From: a virus
Lineage: Duplodnaviria > Heunggongvirae > Uroviricota > Caudoviricetes
Virus record (IMG/VR): IMGVR_UViG_3300009826_000019
Span: 43,941 to 107,940 of that record
Strand: one strand, 5' to 3'
Length of the DNA stretch: 64,000 nt
In this document: positions 27,080 through 36,665 of the stretch, piece after piece
Layout of the letters: the number at the start of each line of letters is the position of its first letter
Position numbering within the stretch: position 1 is the first letter of the stretch
Position numbers and translations under genes: made by a program
Notes under the pieces: generated by a model
Databases searched by the model: none
What the model saw: the letters and a program-made list of their open reading frames with translations, nothing else
Told to the model about the DNA's origin: nothing

Positions 27080-27301
27080 ATGTTTGTAATTGAAAAAATT
27101 GAAAATTTATATACCGATATTCTTGAAAAAGAAATTATTGGTTACGCTGATTCGGAAGCGCAAGCATGTGTTTCACTTTTACGCCTAAAACGTGAACAAG
27201 TAATGGGTGGAAAAACCTATGTGGGTGGAAATGGGGAAGATTATCCTCAATATAATTATTATACAATTCCCCATATAGATCAGATTCGTATTTATCATTA
27301 A
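27080..27301 (+). CDS. hypothetical protein
   Basis: ORF track. Confidence 0.5.
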   Translation: MFVIEKIENLYTDILEKEIIGYADSEAQACVSLLRLKREQVMGGKTYVGGNGEDYPQYNYYTIPHIDQIRIYH

Positions 27302-27313
27302 ACAAAAAATAAA

Positions 27314-27688
27314 ATGAAAGTAGAAGTTGAAATAAAAACACAACTCACTGTTGAGTTTGACGAAAACTCCAAAGAATTTTTGGAATTATACAAAAAATAT
27401 TGGAGTAAAGATACTGAAAATATTAAAGATAAGGATTATCGGTATTTCGCTGAAAGTATGGCTGAAAAACTTATGCTTGGCAATGTAGATAATTTTTATC
27501 AATTCATTGAACTTGATGCTGGTGGAAATGAAACCGGTTGTTTAAAAATAAATGGGGAAGCAGTTGGTTATAGTGAAGACGAGGAAATACCCAATTCCCC
27601 CATTAATTTTATTATCCCACAATTTGATAGGGGGGGTAGTGATGTTTTTCTTCATTGGGATACCGATTCATATATCATAGAAGAATAA
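27314..27688 (+). CDS. hypothetical protein
   Basis: ORF track; last gene of the + strand array. Confidence 0.55.
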   Translation: MKVEVEIKTQLTVEFDENSKEFLELYKKYWSKDTENIKDKDYRYFAESMAEKLMLGNVDNFYQFIELDAGGNETGCLKINGEAVGYSEDEEIPNSPINFIIPQFDRGGSDVFLHWDTDSYIIEE

Positions 27689-27722
27689 TATGATAATAGA
27701 ATGGTAGAAGGCATTGGTAATA

Positions 27723-27736
27723 ATACTCAAATGAGT
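27723..27736 (+). promoter_or_regulatory. TACTCAAATGAGTA motif
   Basis: Last copy, at the end of the + strand array. Confidence 0.5.
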
Positions 27737-27740
27737 ACTA

Positions 27741-28034
27741 TTACAATTTGAGTGTTGAACCTAGTGAACGTTTTATTGTGGATACTTCTTGATCGTTTAG
27801 AGCGATTTCACCCCTAACTTTTTTGGATAGGAGGCTTCGAGCGGTGTCTTCATCCATACCCGACCACACGGTTTTAATTAAAGCACGAGCAACTTCTGCT
27901 TGATTTATACCAGGTTGTTTAAGTTGGGCAATAAGTTTTGCTCTTTCACCGGTTGCTTCACCTTCGGTTAGTGCTTGTCTAACCTTACTTTCTATGATTT
28001 GTTTTAATTGACTTTCTGTTATTTGAACTTTCAT
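27741..28034 (-). CDS. hypothetical protein (convergent; start at MKVQITESQL)
   Basis: ORF track 27741..28100 trimmed to an internal Met. Confidence 0.45.
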   Translation of the reverse strand: MKVQITESQLKQIIESKVRQALTEGEATGERAKLIAQLKQPGINQAEVARALIKTVWSGMDEDTARSLLSKKVRGEIALNDQEVSTIKRSLGSTLKL

Positions 28035-28129
28035 GACGATTAATTGTTTAATATAAATAGAACTATTTGTGAAATCGAAACTGAAATAGTATCTTTCCAT
28101 TAAATAAAACTCTTAAAATAATAGGTGTT

Positions 28130-28321
28130 ATGGATGATATTCAAATAGTAGTCAAATTTCAAAGGAACAAGGGTGTTTACGTTAATTTTGAGAGCGTGAA
28201 CAAGAAGAAAGTAGATTGGGATAGTATAACTGACGAACAGTATATTAATATGATGGAAGTTGCTATCACAACAATTGCTGATTGGCGTGAGAAATATATA
28301 GCAATACCGGAAGTAGCATGA
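28130..28321 (+). CDS. hypothetical protein
   Basis: ORF track. Confidence 0.45.
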   Translation: MDDIQIVVKFQRNKGVYVNFESVNKKKVDWDSITDEQYINMMEVAITTIADWREKYIAIPEVA

Positions 28322-28500
28322 CAATGGATGTTGAAACCTTTGAAGGTATGGCGCGTGATAGTTTGGTGGAGTTTAAAAATCGTTGGTTGAACGCTGTTAA
28401 ATTTAACGATACTATTTATCCAATAGAATTACCGAGTTTTCCCGATTGGTTAGATATTTTCAAACATTGGTGCGAAACAGACGAAATATGTCTTACATAG
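28318..28500 (+). CDS. hypothetical protein
   Basis: ORF track. Confidence 0.45.
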   Translation: MTMDVETFEGMARDSLVEFKNRWLNAVKFNDTIYPIELPSFPDWLDIFKHWCETDEICLT

Positions 28501-28572
28501 AGCGGTGTATTTCAATGGTTAGAATGACGGTCTCCAAAACCGTAGATGGGAGTTCGAGTCTCTCCACCGCTG
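28501..28572 (+). tRNA. tRNA-Trp (CCA)
   Basis: Acceptor AGCGGTG/CACCGCT; anticodon arm ACGGT-CTCCAAA-ACCGT; T-arm GGGAG-TTCGAGT-CTCTC; discriminator G then an encoded CCA. Confidence 0.75.
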
Positions 28573-28617
28573 CCAAGTGGGTTTAACACCCCCTGTTATT
28601 CATATTTTTTAAGAAAA

Positions 28618-28648
28618 AACCCCACTCAATATGAATGGGGTTTTGTTT
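28618..28648. terminator. bidirectional rho-independent terminator
   Basis: Hairpin ACCCCACTCAATATGAATGGGGT flanked by an A-run and a T-run. Confidence 0.7.
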
Positions 28649-28705
28649 TTTCTCATAATTAACCCAAGGTGAAAAAAAAATAAATAAGAAGTTTTTTGAC
28701 AAACT

Positions 28706-29845
28706 TTATTTTTTGGGTTGTAATAGTTGTTTTGTTTTGTTACGTAAATCTTTTTGAATTGACGATTCGTTTATCGTGCTTCCACCGACCGCTTTTCTTG
28801 TGTCATATTCCCACAAATTTTTCATTCTTTCCAAATCTTTTCTTGCTTTTACAACATTCTTGTATTCAAGAACAAGTGCTTGTTTGTTAATATCACACTC
28901 TATTAGATATTCGTTACCGGCGTTGTCAATCATAACAAATTTGTTGCCGGGTGTTTTGTATTGTTCAGCTATCAACGATTTAGCGTGATTTTCATTAATG
29001 AAAGTGAGTTTCTTGAAGATAAGACGTTTGGTTTTATTTTCAGACACTTCCTTTTTATCTTCCTTTTCTTCGGTAGTAACAGCATCAACCACTTTTTTAC
29101 CTGCTTCATCTCCTGCCGAAGCAGCAGCAGATGTTGCCATTTGTTTTGCCATAGGTGCAGCGGCTCTTGCGCCGGCAGCAACTAATGGTGCAACTTCTGT
29201 AAGCATTTCAGCACCTTGTCTCACCATTTTATCTTCTTTAACAACTTGTTTGAATTTTGAAACCGCCAAAGAATATTTTTTACCTGACTCATCTATAAAA
29301 TTGATACGCGTTTTGTCTTCGTTCAATCCTGTAACTTTTAAGTTCAGATTGTCTTTTACGAAAATATCACCAACTTTGACTTTACCTTCGGTTGCAAATT
29401 GTGGTTTGGATTTAGGTGGGTGAGCAATCCTATCATTTATTTGTGTTGCACCCGATATTTCAGCATACTTTTTATTGTCCGCTGCCATTTTATCGAAAAA
29501 CTTCTCATTTCCCTTTGCGTCAACGCCAGCCGCTGTAACATCAATATCCGCCTGTTCAGGGGATGCTTTACCTTGAACCAATGCTTTTACCCTTTCTTGA
29601 TATTTTTTATCAATTCGGTCATAGTTCAAATTCAATGCGTTTCTACCTGACGGTGGTTGTTCACCTCTATAACCGTCTATCTGTGTAGAACTTTTTGTGG
29701 GCGTTGAATCGTCAATGCGTTCTTCGGCATCCTTTTCAACATTTTTACTCTCTTTCTCATTTTCAGAACGAATATCAGTAAAAAGTTTTTCTTCCACAGC
29801 CTCATTAACCAAGGCTTTCAAATCTGCTAAACTAATTGTAGCCAT
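28706..29845 (-). CDS. Ala/Glu-rich low-complexity protein, putative head/scaffold-associated; N-domain paralogous to 46444..46851
   Basis: ORF track trimmed to M22 (MATISL...) because a late-motif-like GCTATTTATAATAAA lies 26 nt upstream; KVGDIFV..NLNLKVTGLNEDKTR block shared with 46444. Confidence 0.5.
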   Translation of the reverse strand: MATISLADLKALVNEAVEEKLFTDIRSENEKESKNVEKDAEERIDDSTPTKSSTQIDGYRGEQPPSGRNALNLNYDRIDKKYQERVKALVQGKASPEQADIDVTAAGVDAKGNEKFFDKMAADNKKYAEISGATQINDRIAHPPKSKPQFATEGKVKVGDIFVKDNLNLKVTGLNEDKTRINFIDESGKKYSLAVSKFKQVVKEDKMVRQGAEMLTEVAPLVAAGARAAAPMAKQMATSAAASAGDEAGKKVVDAVTTEEKEDKKEVSENKTKRLIFKKLTFINENHAKSLIAEQYKTPGNKFVMIDNAGNEYLIECDINKQALVLEYKNVVKARKDLERMKNLWEYDTRKAVGGSTINESSIQKDLRNKTKQLLQPKK

Positions 29846-29869
29846 ACTCTTATTTTTTTTTAGTGATAA

Positions 29870-29884
29870 TTTATTATAAATAGC
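29870..29884 (-). promoter_or_regulatory. late-motif variant GCTATTTATAATAAA (minus strand)
   Basis: Lies 26 nt upstream of the MATISL start of 28706..29845. Confidence 0.3.
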
Positions 29885-29965
29885 AGTGTTTTCAAATAAT
29901 AACTGCAAACCAATAAAAAAGGACTCACTAATAAGTGAATCCTTTGTTTTCGCATTGTTCCGGGA

Positions 29966-30253
29966 TTATCCTTCGTCTTCTTCCTCTTCTTCGTAATCGA
30001 GATATGAGTCGAAAATGATTTCGTCGCTAAGGATTTCAGGCTTACCGCAAGAAATAACCACTACTTCTTTTTCTGTTGTGCCGCAATGGTTAGTTAAACT
30101 AAACGTTACAGGAAATTCACCATATTCAGTAGGATTACCGAATAATTCACCTGTTGCTTCGTCTAATTGTACGCCAGCTGGTAATACACCACTAACAAGT
30201 TTCCACTCACCAGGGGAGCCTCTAAACAATATTTGTTCTCTTTGTTCTTCCAT
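29966..30253 (-). CDS. Ig-like (He_PIG-type) domain protein
   Basis: G.PGEW...GVLP.G.QL.E.TGEL.G.P....FPVT motif shared with 45132..45821. Confidence 0.5.
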   Translation of the reverse strand: MEEQREQILFRGSPGEWKLVSGVLPAGVQLDEATGELFGNPTEYGEFPVTFSLTNHCGTTEKEVVVISCGKPEILSDEIIFDSYLDYEEEEEDEG

Positions 30254-30463
30254 GACTGTAATTTATTATAAGATTATTATTATATTATTTTTTACAATAA
30301 TAAATAGTGGAAAAAAAACAATTAATTATTGGTGGTGGTAAAATTCGGAAAGATTTTTTCTTCATGTTGTTTGTCATTAAAAAACGTTGTTTGTCAAAAT
30401 ATATCTAAAAAACTATTTTATGTAAATATTTATACTCGGTAATAATAAATAAATTTAAACAAA

Positions 30464-31534
30464 ATGAAAAGATTTTTTATGTATTTGGTAGCAGTAATGG
30501 TATTATTTACTGCGTGTGCGAAGGATGCTTTGCAGGATGAATCAGCTTTGAAAAGTGCGCAAAACATTGCAAAGGCTGTTGATGTGAAAACAATACTTTC
30601 AACTCATGGTGAGTGTATTGCGGATTTTAACGACATTGGTTATGACCAACAATGGTTTAACAAATTCGGAAAACAATTGAACGGTTCGGGTTTCCACAAA
30701 GTGGATAACGGAGTTAATTTTGAAAAGAAGGGTAACGATACGTGGTTACATTTTGATGAAGAAAACGAAGCGGGTATAGTAACCGTTGCTTATAAGAATG
30801 GTAATTATTTTGCGTTCTTCAATTTTGACGCACAGTGTTTAGCGGGTCAATCGGTGTATTTTGACGGTAAGATTTACAGTGTATTAAAATGGGATTATGA
30901 TGCGGAAGGAAGTTTTGCGAAAATTGAATGTCCTTATCCTGATACCGATTTCACTGAGTTGTTTGATAATATTGTGTTCGTACAAGAAATGGGGTTAGTA
31001 AATGGACAAGCGTGTTATACAGAAGATTCGTGGGCAACATTGTGGTTAGCACTTCAAACCGCTGCTGCTTTAACAACTGAAATATGTGTATCACAAGAAG
31101 ACGTTGACGCTGCTGCAAAGGATTTAATGGATGCGTTTGACGCTTTAATTTACAAGGTAACTGCTGACGCTTTCTTCATTAATTTGAATAACCTTACAAA
31201 TCAGGTTTCCCAATCCATTAAAGAAACGTATGTATATCCATTCTTCCCTGATATGACCGATGATGAAATTGAATCGAAATATGGTGGTGGTGCACAAAGA
31301 ACGTTGGTTGTATTAACCTTATTCAATGATTGTTTATACACACCATTCGGAACAGTAAAATCATGGCTTGCAGAGGGCACACAAGGCGACAGCGGTACAA
31401 CGGGTGTGAACACCTTTGCTGATGACAATGTAATTGTAACCGTTAATCATAGCGCACGTTCAGGTGAACAAGTATTTTCTTGTACCTACGGTTCTTTTGT
31501 TTATAAAGGAAATCCGGTTGTAACTTTGAAGTAA
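30464..31534 (+). CDS. lipoprotein (356 aa)
   Basis: N-terminal signal with lipobox LFTAC; direct repeat TTGTTTGTCA x2 upstream. Confidence 0.6.
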   Translation: MKRFFMYLVAVMVLFTACAKDALQDESALKSAQNIAKAVDVKTILSTHGECIADFNDIGYDQQWFNKFGKQLNGSGFHKVDNGVNFEKKGNDTWLHFDEENEAGIVTVAYKNGNYFAFFNFDAQCLAGQSVYFDGKIYSVLKWDYDAEGSFAKIECPYPDTDFTELFDNIVFVQEMGLVNGQACYTEDSWATLWLALQTAAALTTEICVSQEDVDAAAKDLMDAFDALIYKVTADAFFINLNNLTNQVSQSIKETYVYPFFPDMTDDEIESKYGGGAQRTLVVLTLFNDCLYTPFGTVKSWLAEGTQGDSGTTGVNTFADDNVIVTVNHSARSGEQVFSCTYGSFVYKGNPVVTLK

Positions 31535-31549
31535 TTTCTTACATTCATA

Positions 31550-31580
31550 TAAACAAAAAATCCGATATATTTCATATCGG
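31550..31580. terminator. bidirectional rho-independent terminator
   Basis: Hairpin AATCCGATATATTTCATATCGGATT between an A-run and a T-run, between convergent genes. Confidence 0.75.
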
Positions 31581-31606
31581 ATTTTTTTTGTTACTCTACA
31601 TAGTAT

Positions 31607-31987
31607 TTAATATACTATTTCAATGAAATTAAACTTTAATTTAATGATAAAGGCATACTCCTCTCCCGATTCTAACATATCGTCATCATCGTGTTCATAA
31701 AACCAATTGATTGTTACACCCTTGTTGGTTTCATTAACTTTTTCCAATTTCTTGAAAACATCTAACAAACATTTGGAAGTACCTGTATTAAAGTATTCCA
31801 ATTTTATGTTGACGATTGTTTCCGGTTTTGCTGTTTTAACATAACCGTCTATCCATTCGACCAGGGGTATGAAAAAATCAATTGAATTTTCAAGAAGTGA
31901 CCTTCCTTTAATTTCAAGTAATCCCTGTTCAGCATCAAATACAATAGTCGGGGTTCGTGCCGTTCCTTCTAATATTAGTGTGTCCAT
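31607..31987 (-). CDS. DUF1987 (SiaC-like) protein
   Basis: Recalled family signature: LEGT..TPTIVFDAE.G.LEIKGRS...FNTGTSKCLLDVFKKL...INWFYEHDDDDMLESGEEY. Confidence 0.6.
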   Translation of the reverse strand: MDTLILEGTARTPTIVFDAEQGLLEIKGRSLLENSIDFFIPLVEWIDGYVKTAKPETIVNIKLEYFNTGTSKCLLDVFKKLEKVNETNKGVTINWFYEHDDDDMLESGEEYAFIIKLKFNFIEIVY

Positions 31988-32037
31988 GTTGTTAAAAATA
32001 ATTCTGAATTAATTTCTTATAAATAGAATCATTTTAC

Positions 32038-32253
32038 CTACACAAGTCCCAAATTCTTCAAATAGTTATATTCATCGCTTCCCTCTTCAACGGTTTCTAT
32101 TTGATAGTTTTGAAGGCGTTTGGCAACGTGTTTTAAATATTCTAACTCTTCCTCACCCATTGCACAGTTGGGGATACAAGTATTAAGGTGCGACAATAAC
32201 CTTGTGGCAAAGGTTTTATCACCCCAAACTAATCTATCATTCTTTTCTATCAT
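32038..32253 (-). CDS. hypothetical protein
   Basis: ORF track; within a minus-strand operon. Confidence 0.45.
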   Translation of the reverse strand: MIEKNDRLVWGDKTFATRLLSHLNTCIPNCAMGEEELEYLKHVAKRLQNYQIETVEEGSDEYNYLKNLGLV

Positions 32254-32265
32254 TTTATTTATGTT

Positions 32266-32721
32266 TTAAATTTTCACACCCATTTTTAATAAACAAACTT
32301 TTAAATAGTTAAGTTCTTCGTTGATTTCTTCCACTATGTGCGGAATGAACTTATTGCGTAGTCGTTTAAAAGATAAATTTTGTACAGTGTCGTGTCCAAA
32401 TTTTGGGGCATCATGCATTGAATACTTATATGTATTTCCCTTTTCAAGAGTACCCCCATTTTCAGGATATTTCAACACAAACCCTATAAAACCATTATAG
32501 TTCATTTTTGGAGTTCCAAGTAGATTTTCTTTAATTTCGTTGAGAACATCCATCTGCTTCTTAACCTCTATCAACATATCAATATCTTCGTATTTCACAG
32601 TTGGTATGTTGGCAATTTTCTCACGCAATTCGTTTTTTTCTTGTATGTGTTGATCCTCGTCAAAGTTCGGTCCGGGATTCATTATTGACCGATATACCCC
32701 GCTTTCATCCATATATCCCAT
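32266..32721 (-). CDS. hypothetical protein
   Basis: ORF track. Confidence 0.5.
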   Translation of the reverse strand: MGYMDESGVYRSIMNPGPNFDEDQHIQEKNELREKIANIPTVKYEDIDMLIEVKKQMDVLNEIKENLLGTPKMNYNGFIGFVLKYPENGGTLEKGNTYKYSMHDAPKFGHDTVQNLSFKRLRNKFIPHIVEEINEELNYLKVCLLKMGVKI

Positions 32722-32725
32722 ATTC

Positions 32726-33772
32726 TTAAATATTTTTATTATTAATTATCACTTGTCTATATACACCCGCCATGGTTGCTACATTTACGGTTGATTCTCC
32801 CCAATGTATTATTGTATTTTCTTCCACATATTTATTAACCAACCCATTAAAATTTTCTGCTATAATACCACTATTTTTTAAATCATCAAAAAACTTGGTT
32901 CCATACATATTTTCATATTCAGCGATTGTTCGACCCCTCCAATATGAACCATATAATCCCCCCCATGAAAACCTTGTTGCCGCTTTTAACCAATCAACCA
33001 TAACTCCTTTATCACCAATGTTGGGGTTTTCCAAATGACAATCATGACATAAGAGAACAATGTTATCAGGAGTATTAGTGCCTCCCAATGCTTTGGGAAC
33101 TATATGACACTCTGTTAATCTTCTTTTTTCACTACAACGCCAACACCGCTCATGCGCATCAGACCAATCCACATTTAGTTCACCCTCATATATTTGTTGT
33201 TCCCAATACCTCACAATTTGTTCACGCCTTGTTGATAAGTCTTTTGTATAATAATGGGTTTCGGGGGATATTTCGTTCTTTGTATAGTTTTGTTCTTCAA
33301 ACACTTCACCCATTTTATTTTTAGTGGGTTGCAATATTATTTTTAATACATTATTCAAATATCTTTTACTTTTGAAAAAATTTTCCGCACGTCTAATTAA
33401 TCCATTTACAATTTCTTTTGTTTGATATTTGGGTTTTGGTATTATAATAATCATTTTACCGTATTCTTTATCATTGAAAAGGTGTGTTTCTTTACCCATT
33501 GCTACAAACCCCAAAATTATTCCTTCCGGTGTAGCGTCATCTAAACTTGTTTCTGCTTTCACCACTTCAATATCATAGTTATCTATTAGAAATTGATCTT
33601 TTCCAAAATATTTATTACCAATTTGAATAATTTCTTTTATATCTGTTTTGGATTTTTTATTTAATGTTTTTATTTCACATATTAAGGGATATTTTTCACC
33701 CTTTTCATGTATATAACCACCAACTTTTAATGCTTTCATTATATTAATTGTTTTAAACTTTCTATATTCCAA
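32726..33772 (-). CDS. HNH endonuclease-domain fusion protein
   Basis: CWRCSEKRRLTECHIVPKALGGTNTPDNIVLLCHDCH is an HNH motif, flanked by unknown N- and C-terminal domains. Confidence 0.65.
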   Translation of the reverse strand: MEYRKFKTINIMKALKVGGYIHEKGEKYPLICEIKTLNKKSKTDIKEIIQIGNKYFGKDQFLIDNYDIEVVKAETSLDDATPEGIILGFVAMGKETHLFNDKEYGKMIIIIPKPKYQTKEIVNGLIRRAENFFKSKRYLNNVLKIILQPTKNKMGEVFEEQNYTKNEISPETHYYTKDLSTRREQIVRYWEQQIYEGELNVDWSDAHERCWRCSEKRRLTECHIVPKALGGTNTPDNIVLLCHDCHLENPNIGDKGVMVDWLKAATRFSWGGLYGSYWRGRTIAEYENMYGTKFFDDLKNSGIIAENFNGLVNKYVEENTIIHWGESTVNVATMAGVYRQVIINNKNI

Positions 33773-34416
33773 GCGTCTTCATACAATTTTTTGATTGCTG
33801 CTAACGCTACTTTTTTAAGGTCATCACCAACATAGTCTTTGTTATCAACCCATTCATTGGTGGTTTTATCTTTTACTTGATATTTCTGAATAGAGCGTGA
33901 ACCTATACCCGCAAAATTCGTAAATAATAACGGTGTGTCGTGAAATCGTTGAAACCCTTCCATCTTGTTTACCCAAACATACCAACTTTCTTGACTAAAA
34001 TCAAAAACATAAACCAACTTATTTAATGATATTGCGTATTGAACAGCGTAATTTGTTCCACCCCTCACGCCTTGAAAATCAGGTTTCATTTCAGCAACAG
34101 CGTAGATTGCTTGTGCGTGTTTAACCTGATAATAGTTTCGTGCTTTGAGGTCGTCTGCATACGTTCTCTTAACTGTTTTTAACTTTTTTTTATCAAAACA
34201 TTGTGCCATGAACTTATAACACTCTTCCATTTGAATATTATCCATAATGGTAGGGTGGATATTAAATTCTTTCAGTTGTTTAGATACATTGGGGTTTTCT
34301 TCCGGTCTGAAATGAAATTGTCTATCAGGAGTAATACCATACTTCAAACCATACACACCAAATGCTGTATCTGCGCCGTATGCGCCACCACTATATAATT
34401 TGTGATTTGTTAACAT
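33739..34416 (-). CDS. SLOG-superfamily (DprA/YpsA/LOG-like) Rossmann-fold protein
   Basis: N-terminal YSGGAYGADTAFG glycine-rich nucleotide-binding motif. Confidence 0.45.
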   Translation of the reverse strand: MLTNHKLYSGGAYGADTAFGVYGLKYGITPDRQFHFRPEENPNVSKQLKEFNIHPTIMDNIQMEECYKFMAQCFDKKKLKTVKRTYADDLKARNYYQVKHAQAIYAVAEMKPDFQGVRGGTNYAVQYAISLNKLVYVFDFSQESWYVWVNKMEGFQRFHDTPLLFTNFAGIGSRSIQKYQVKDKTTNEWVDNKDYVGDDLKKVALAAIKKLYEDAWNIESLKQLI

Positions 34417-34709
34417 GGTATGGGGTTTTTATGATATTTACTTTCATATAACGAAGAAAGATTTTCATCCAAAGTACCTGTTATACCTGCGGTAAAATCT
34501 AATATTTCCCAATCCTTTTCTTCCCACGTTTTTTCTTCAATGCGTTCCAAATATTCTTTAAAACAACTTATCCACTCGTGAACCGTAAATTCTGTTGGGT
34601 GATTTTCATCCTTTTCTATATCGTCTGCTACACCCAAGATATATTGGTCTAAACCCCTTTGAGCAAATTTAGCAAACCCCTCTAACGTTAATTGTCTTTC
34701 CTGTATCAT
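34410..34709 (-). CDS. hypothetical protein (first gene of the minus-strand operon)
   Basis: ORF track. Confidence 0.45.
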   Translation of the reverse strand: MIQERQLTLEGFAKFAQRGLDQYILGVADDIEKDENHPTEFTVHEWISCFKEYLERIEEKTWEEKDWEILDFTAGITGTLDENLSSLYESKYHKNPIPC

Positions 34710-34749
34710 ATTATTTTAAATGTTTCTATGTCGTAAATTTACATTTAAT

Positions 34750-34765
34750 TCTATTTATATTAAAA
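34750..34765 (+). promoter_or_regulatory. candidate late promoter motif TCTATTTATATTAAAA
   Basis: Lies 11 nt upstream of the gp21-like protease ATG. Confidence 0.4.
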
Positions 34766-34776
34766 TTTAATGGTGT

Positions 34777-35496
34777 ATGAATAATATTCAACAACAATTA
34801 CTAAAAGAGGTTAAGCGTGGTCAATCAGGTTACGGATTTCTATTTGAGAATGACGGATTTGTTGATCCTACTAACCAAAAACATATGTTAAATGAAGACA
34901 GAGATAGAAGTGAATGGTATATACCATTTCCTTATATTATCCACGCCGTCTTTCAAAAAGCGGATACCCCAAACGCCAACGGTAGAATATACCCAAGACC
35001 AATATTAGAAAGAGAACTTATAAAATATCAACTAAAAATCAGTGAAAGAAGGGCTTATGGTGAAAGTGACCACCCCGAATCAACCATTATATCCACAAAG
35101 GGTATTTCAATGAACATTATTAAATTATGGTGGGAAGGAAAAACTATTGTGGGTGATTTGGAAGTACCACTATCACATGGATTTGTGAAGAATGGTATTT
35201 GTAGCACTCCGGGAGATATTATTGCGAATAATATTTATTATAATAGGTTGAAACTTGGTGTTTCTTCGAGAGGTGTGGGTTCCGTGGAAGCAGGAAAAAA
35301 CAATATTAATGTTGTTGGAGACGATTTTGAACTTTTGTGTTGGGATTGGGTGACTGACCCTTCAACACCGGGTGCTTGGACAGCAAAAGATATGAGTGAT
35401 TTGAAACCTTATATTGAAAACACAGAAATCAAAACTTGTGAAAAGAAAATATTCATCATTGAAAAAGTTGATAAAGTATTACAAATTATAAAATAA
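34777..35496 (+). CDS. prohead core protease, T4 gp21-like
   Basis: Recalled T4 gp21 blocks: GRIYPRPILERE~KRLYPKRILEKA, GESDHP~GELNHP, IIKLWWEG~IIEDMWWKG, GVSSRGVGS~GVSSRGLGS, DPSTPGAWT~GPSAPDAWV. Confidence 0.8.
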   Translation: MNNIQQQLLKEVKRGQSGYGFLFENDGFVDPTNQKHMLNEDRDRSEWYIPFPYIIHAVFQKADTPNANGRIYPRPILERELIKYQLKISERRAYGESDHPESTIISTKGISMNIIKLWWEGKTIVGDLEVPLSHGFVKNGICSTPGDIIANNIYYNRLKLGVSSRGVGSVEAGKNNINVVGDDFELLCWDWVTDPSTPGAWTAKDMSDLKPYIENTEIKTCEKKIFIIEKVDKVLQIIK

Positions 35497-35500
35497 AGTT

Positions 35501-36076
35501 ATGTTAGATTTTTTTTCCAATTTTCATTTGTCGTGGCTGTTTTACATGTCATTTACCGTTCTCTTCGGTTGGGTTGGAGTACTGTTATTTAAAATTAAGG
35601 GTATCCCTGTAAGTCTTAGTGAAACAAGATATTTAGTTAATCACCGAAAAGTTGGACACCTTCTATGGTATCTTATGTGTACCTTAACCGCAATACCATT
35701 AATGATAGTATGGATATACTATTTGAATAAGTATGAAATGGAAGGACAAATACTTGCTTATTTGACCTGTTTGGCTTTGGTTGGTGTCGGAATTGCGGGT
35801 GATTTCAAAGACGCTGGGTGGAAGTTTTTTATTCATTGTTTGTTTGCTTTAATTAGTGCCGGTGCGTGTGTTGTGTGGATTTGTCTATATTCACCACTTG
35901 CTTTTATTATCATACCGATTGCAATATTCTTTACATTGGTAGGATTGTGGACAGGTGGTCGGTCAGCAGAAAACCGTGTGGGAAAACCAAAGAGAAACGC
36001 TATTGTATTTTATCTCGAATTTGTTTGTTTTTTAGCAATTTACCTCTGTATCTACGGTTTGATTATTGGTATCTGA
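35501..36076 (+). CDS. polytopic membrane protein
   Basis: Five to six hydrophobic helices. Confidence 0.55.
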   Translation: MLDFFSNFHLSWLFYMSFTVLFGWVGVLLFKIKGIPVSLSETRYLVNHRKVGHLLWYLMCTLTAIPLMIVWIYYLNKYEMEGQILAYLTCLALVGVGIAGDFKDAGWKFFIHCLFALISAGACVVWICLYSPLAFIIIPIAIFFTLVGLWTGGRSAENRVGKPKRNAIVFYLEFVCFLAIYLCIYGLIIGI

Positions 36077-36292
36077 ATCGGTGATACAATAACTTAACAT
36101 TTGAAGTCGCTTCTGTTTTGCTGTCTGACATTTTGGACAAAGGTGTTTGAATTTTCTACCTTTTGGGTCACTATACCAACCATGTTCCAAAAACCGTTTA
36201 AGGAGTTCTTCCCAACTACTACCCCAAACATCACTATTACAACATTTGTCACAATGTGCTTCAAAAATTACATTACCTATACTCTTAATCAT
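36032..36292 (-). CDS. small Cys-rich zinc-binding protein
   Basis: HCDKCCN...CPKCQ. Confidence 0.45.
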   Translation of the reverse strand: MIKSIGNVIFEAHCDKCCNSDVWGSSWEELLKRFLEHGWYSDPKGRKFKHLCPKCQTAKQKRLQMLSYCITDSDTNNQTVDTEVNC

Positions 36293-36330
36293 ATTATTTA
36301 CCTATTATTTGATCAGTTACCTATGTTGGG

Positions 36331-36372
36331 TAACTGTGTTAAAAAAAATAACACCCCCAAAGTTATGAGGGT
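36331..36372 (-). terminator. rho-independent terminator (minus strand) ending the SPFH operon
   Basis: Minus-strand hairpin AACACCCTCATAACTTTGGGGGTGTT followed by T8. Confidence 0.65.
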
Positions 36373-36387
36373 GTTAAAAATTATAAT

Positions 36388-36660
36388 TTAATTACTTAAA
36401 TACCGGTTGAGTTTTGTGTCTTTCATTTTCACTCTTGGGGTGTCGGATACACCGCAGTCAAAAGAGTTGAACATTAATACAAGTATATACACCGCACCTG
36501 CAACTATGTTCACAACCGGTACTAATCCCAAGACAAGAAGTAAGAGTATAAAACCTTTTGGTATTGGTTTATCTTTCCACAATAAGTGCCTTCTTGAAAA
36601 CCACGCCGCTATTAAACATATAGTGAATGGTATTAAAATTAATCCCAAATTAAGTCCCAT
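36388..36660 (-). CDS. small two-helix membrane protein, possible NfeD-like SPFH partner
   Basis: Two TM helices; immediately downstream of the SPFH gene. Confidence 0.45.
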   Translation of the reverse strand: MGLNLGLILIPFTICLIAAWFSRRHLLWKDKPIPKGFILLLLVLGLVPVVNIVAGAVYILVLMFNSFDCGVSDTPRVKMKDTKLNRYLSN

Positions 36661-36665
36661 AATGC

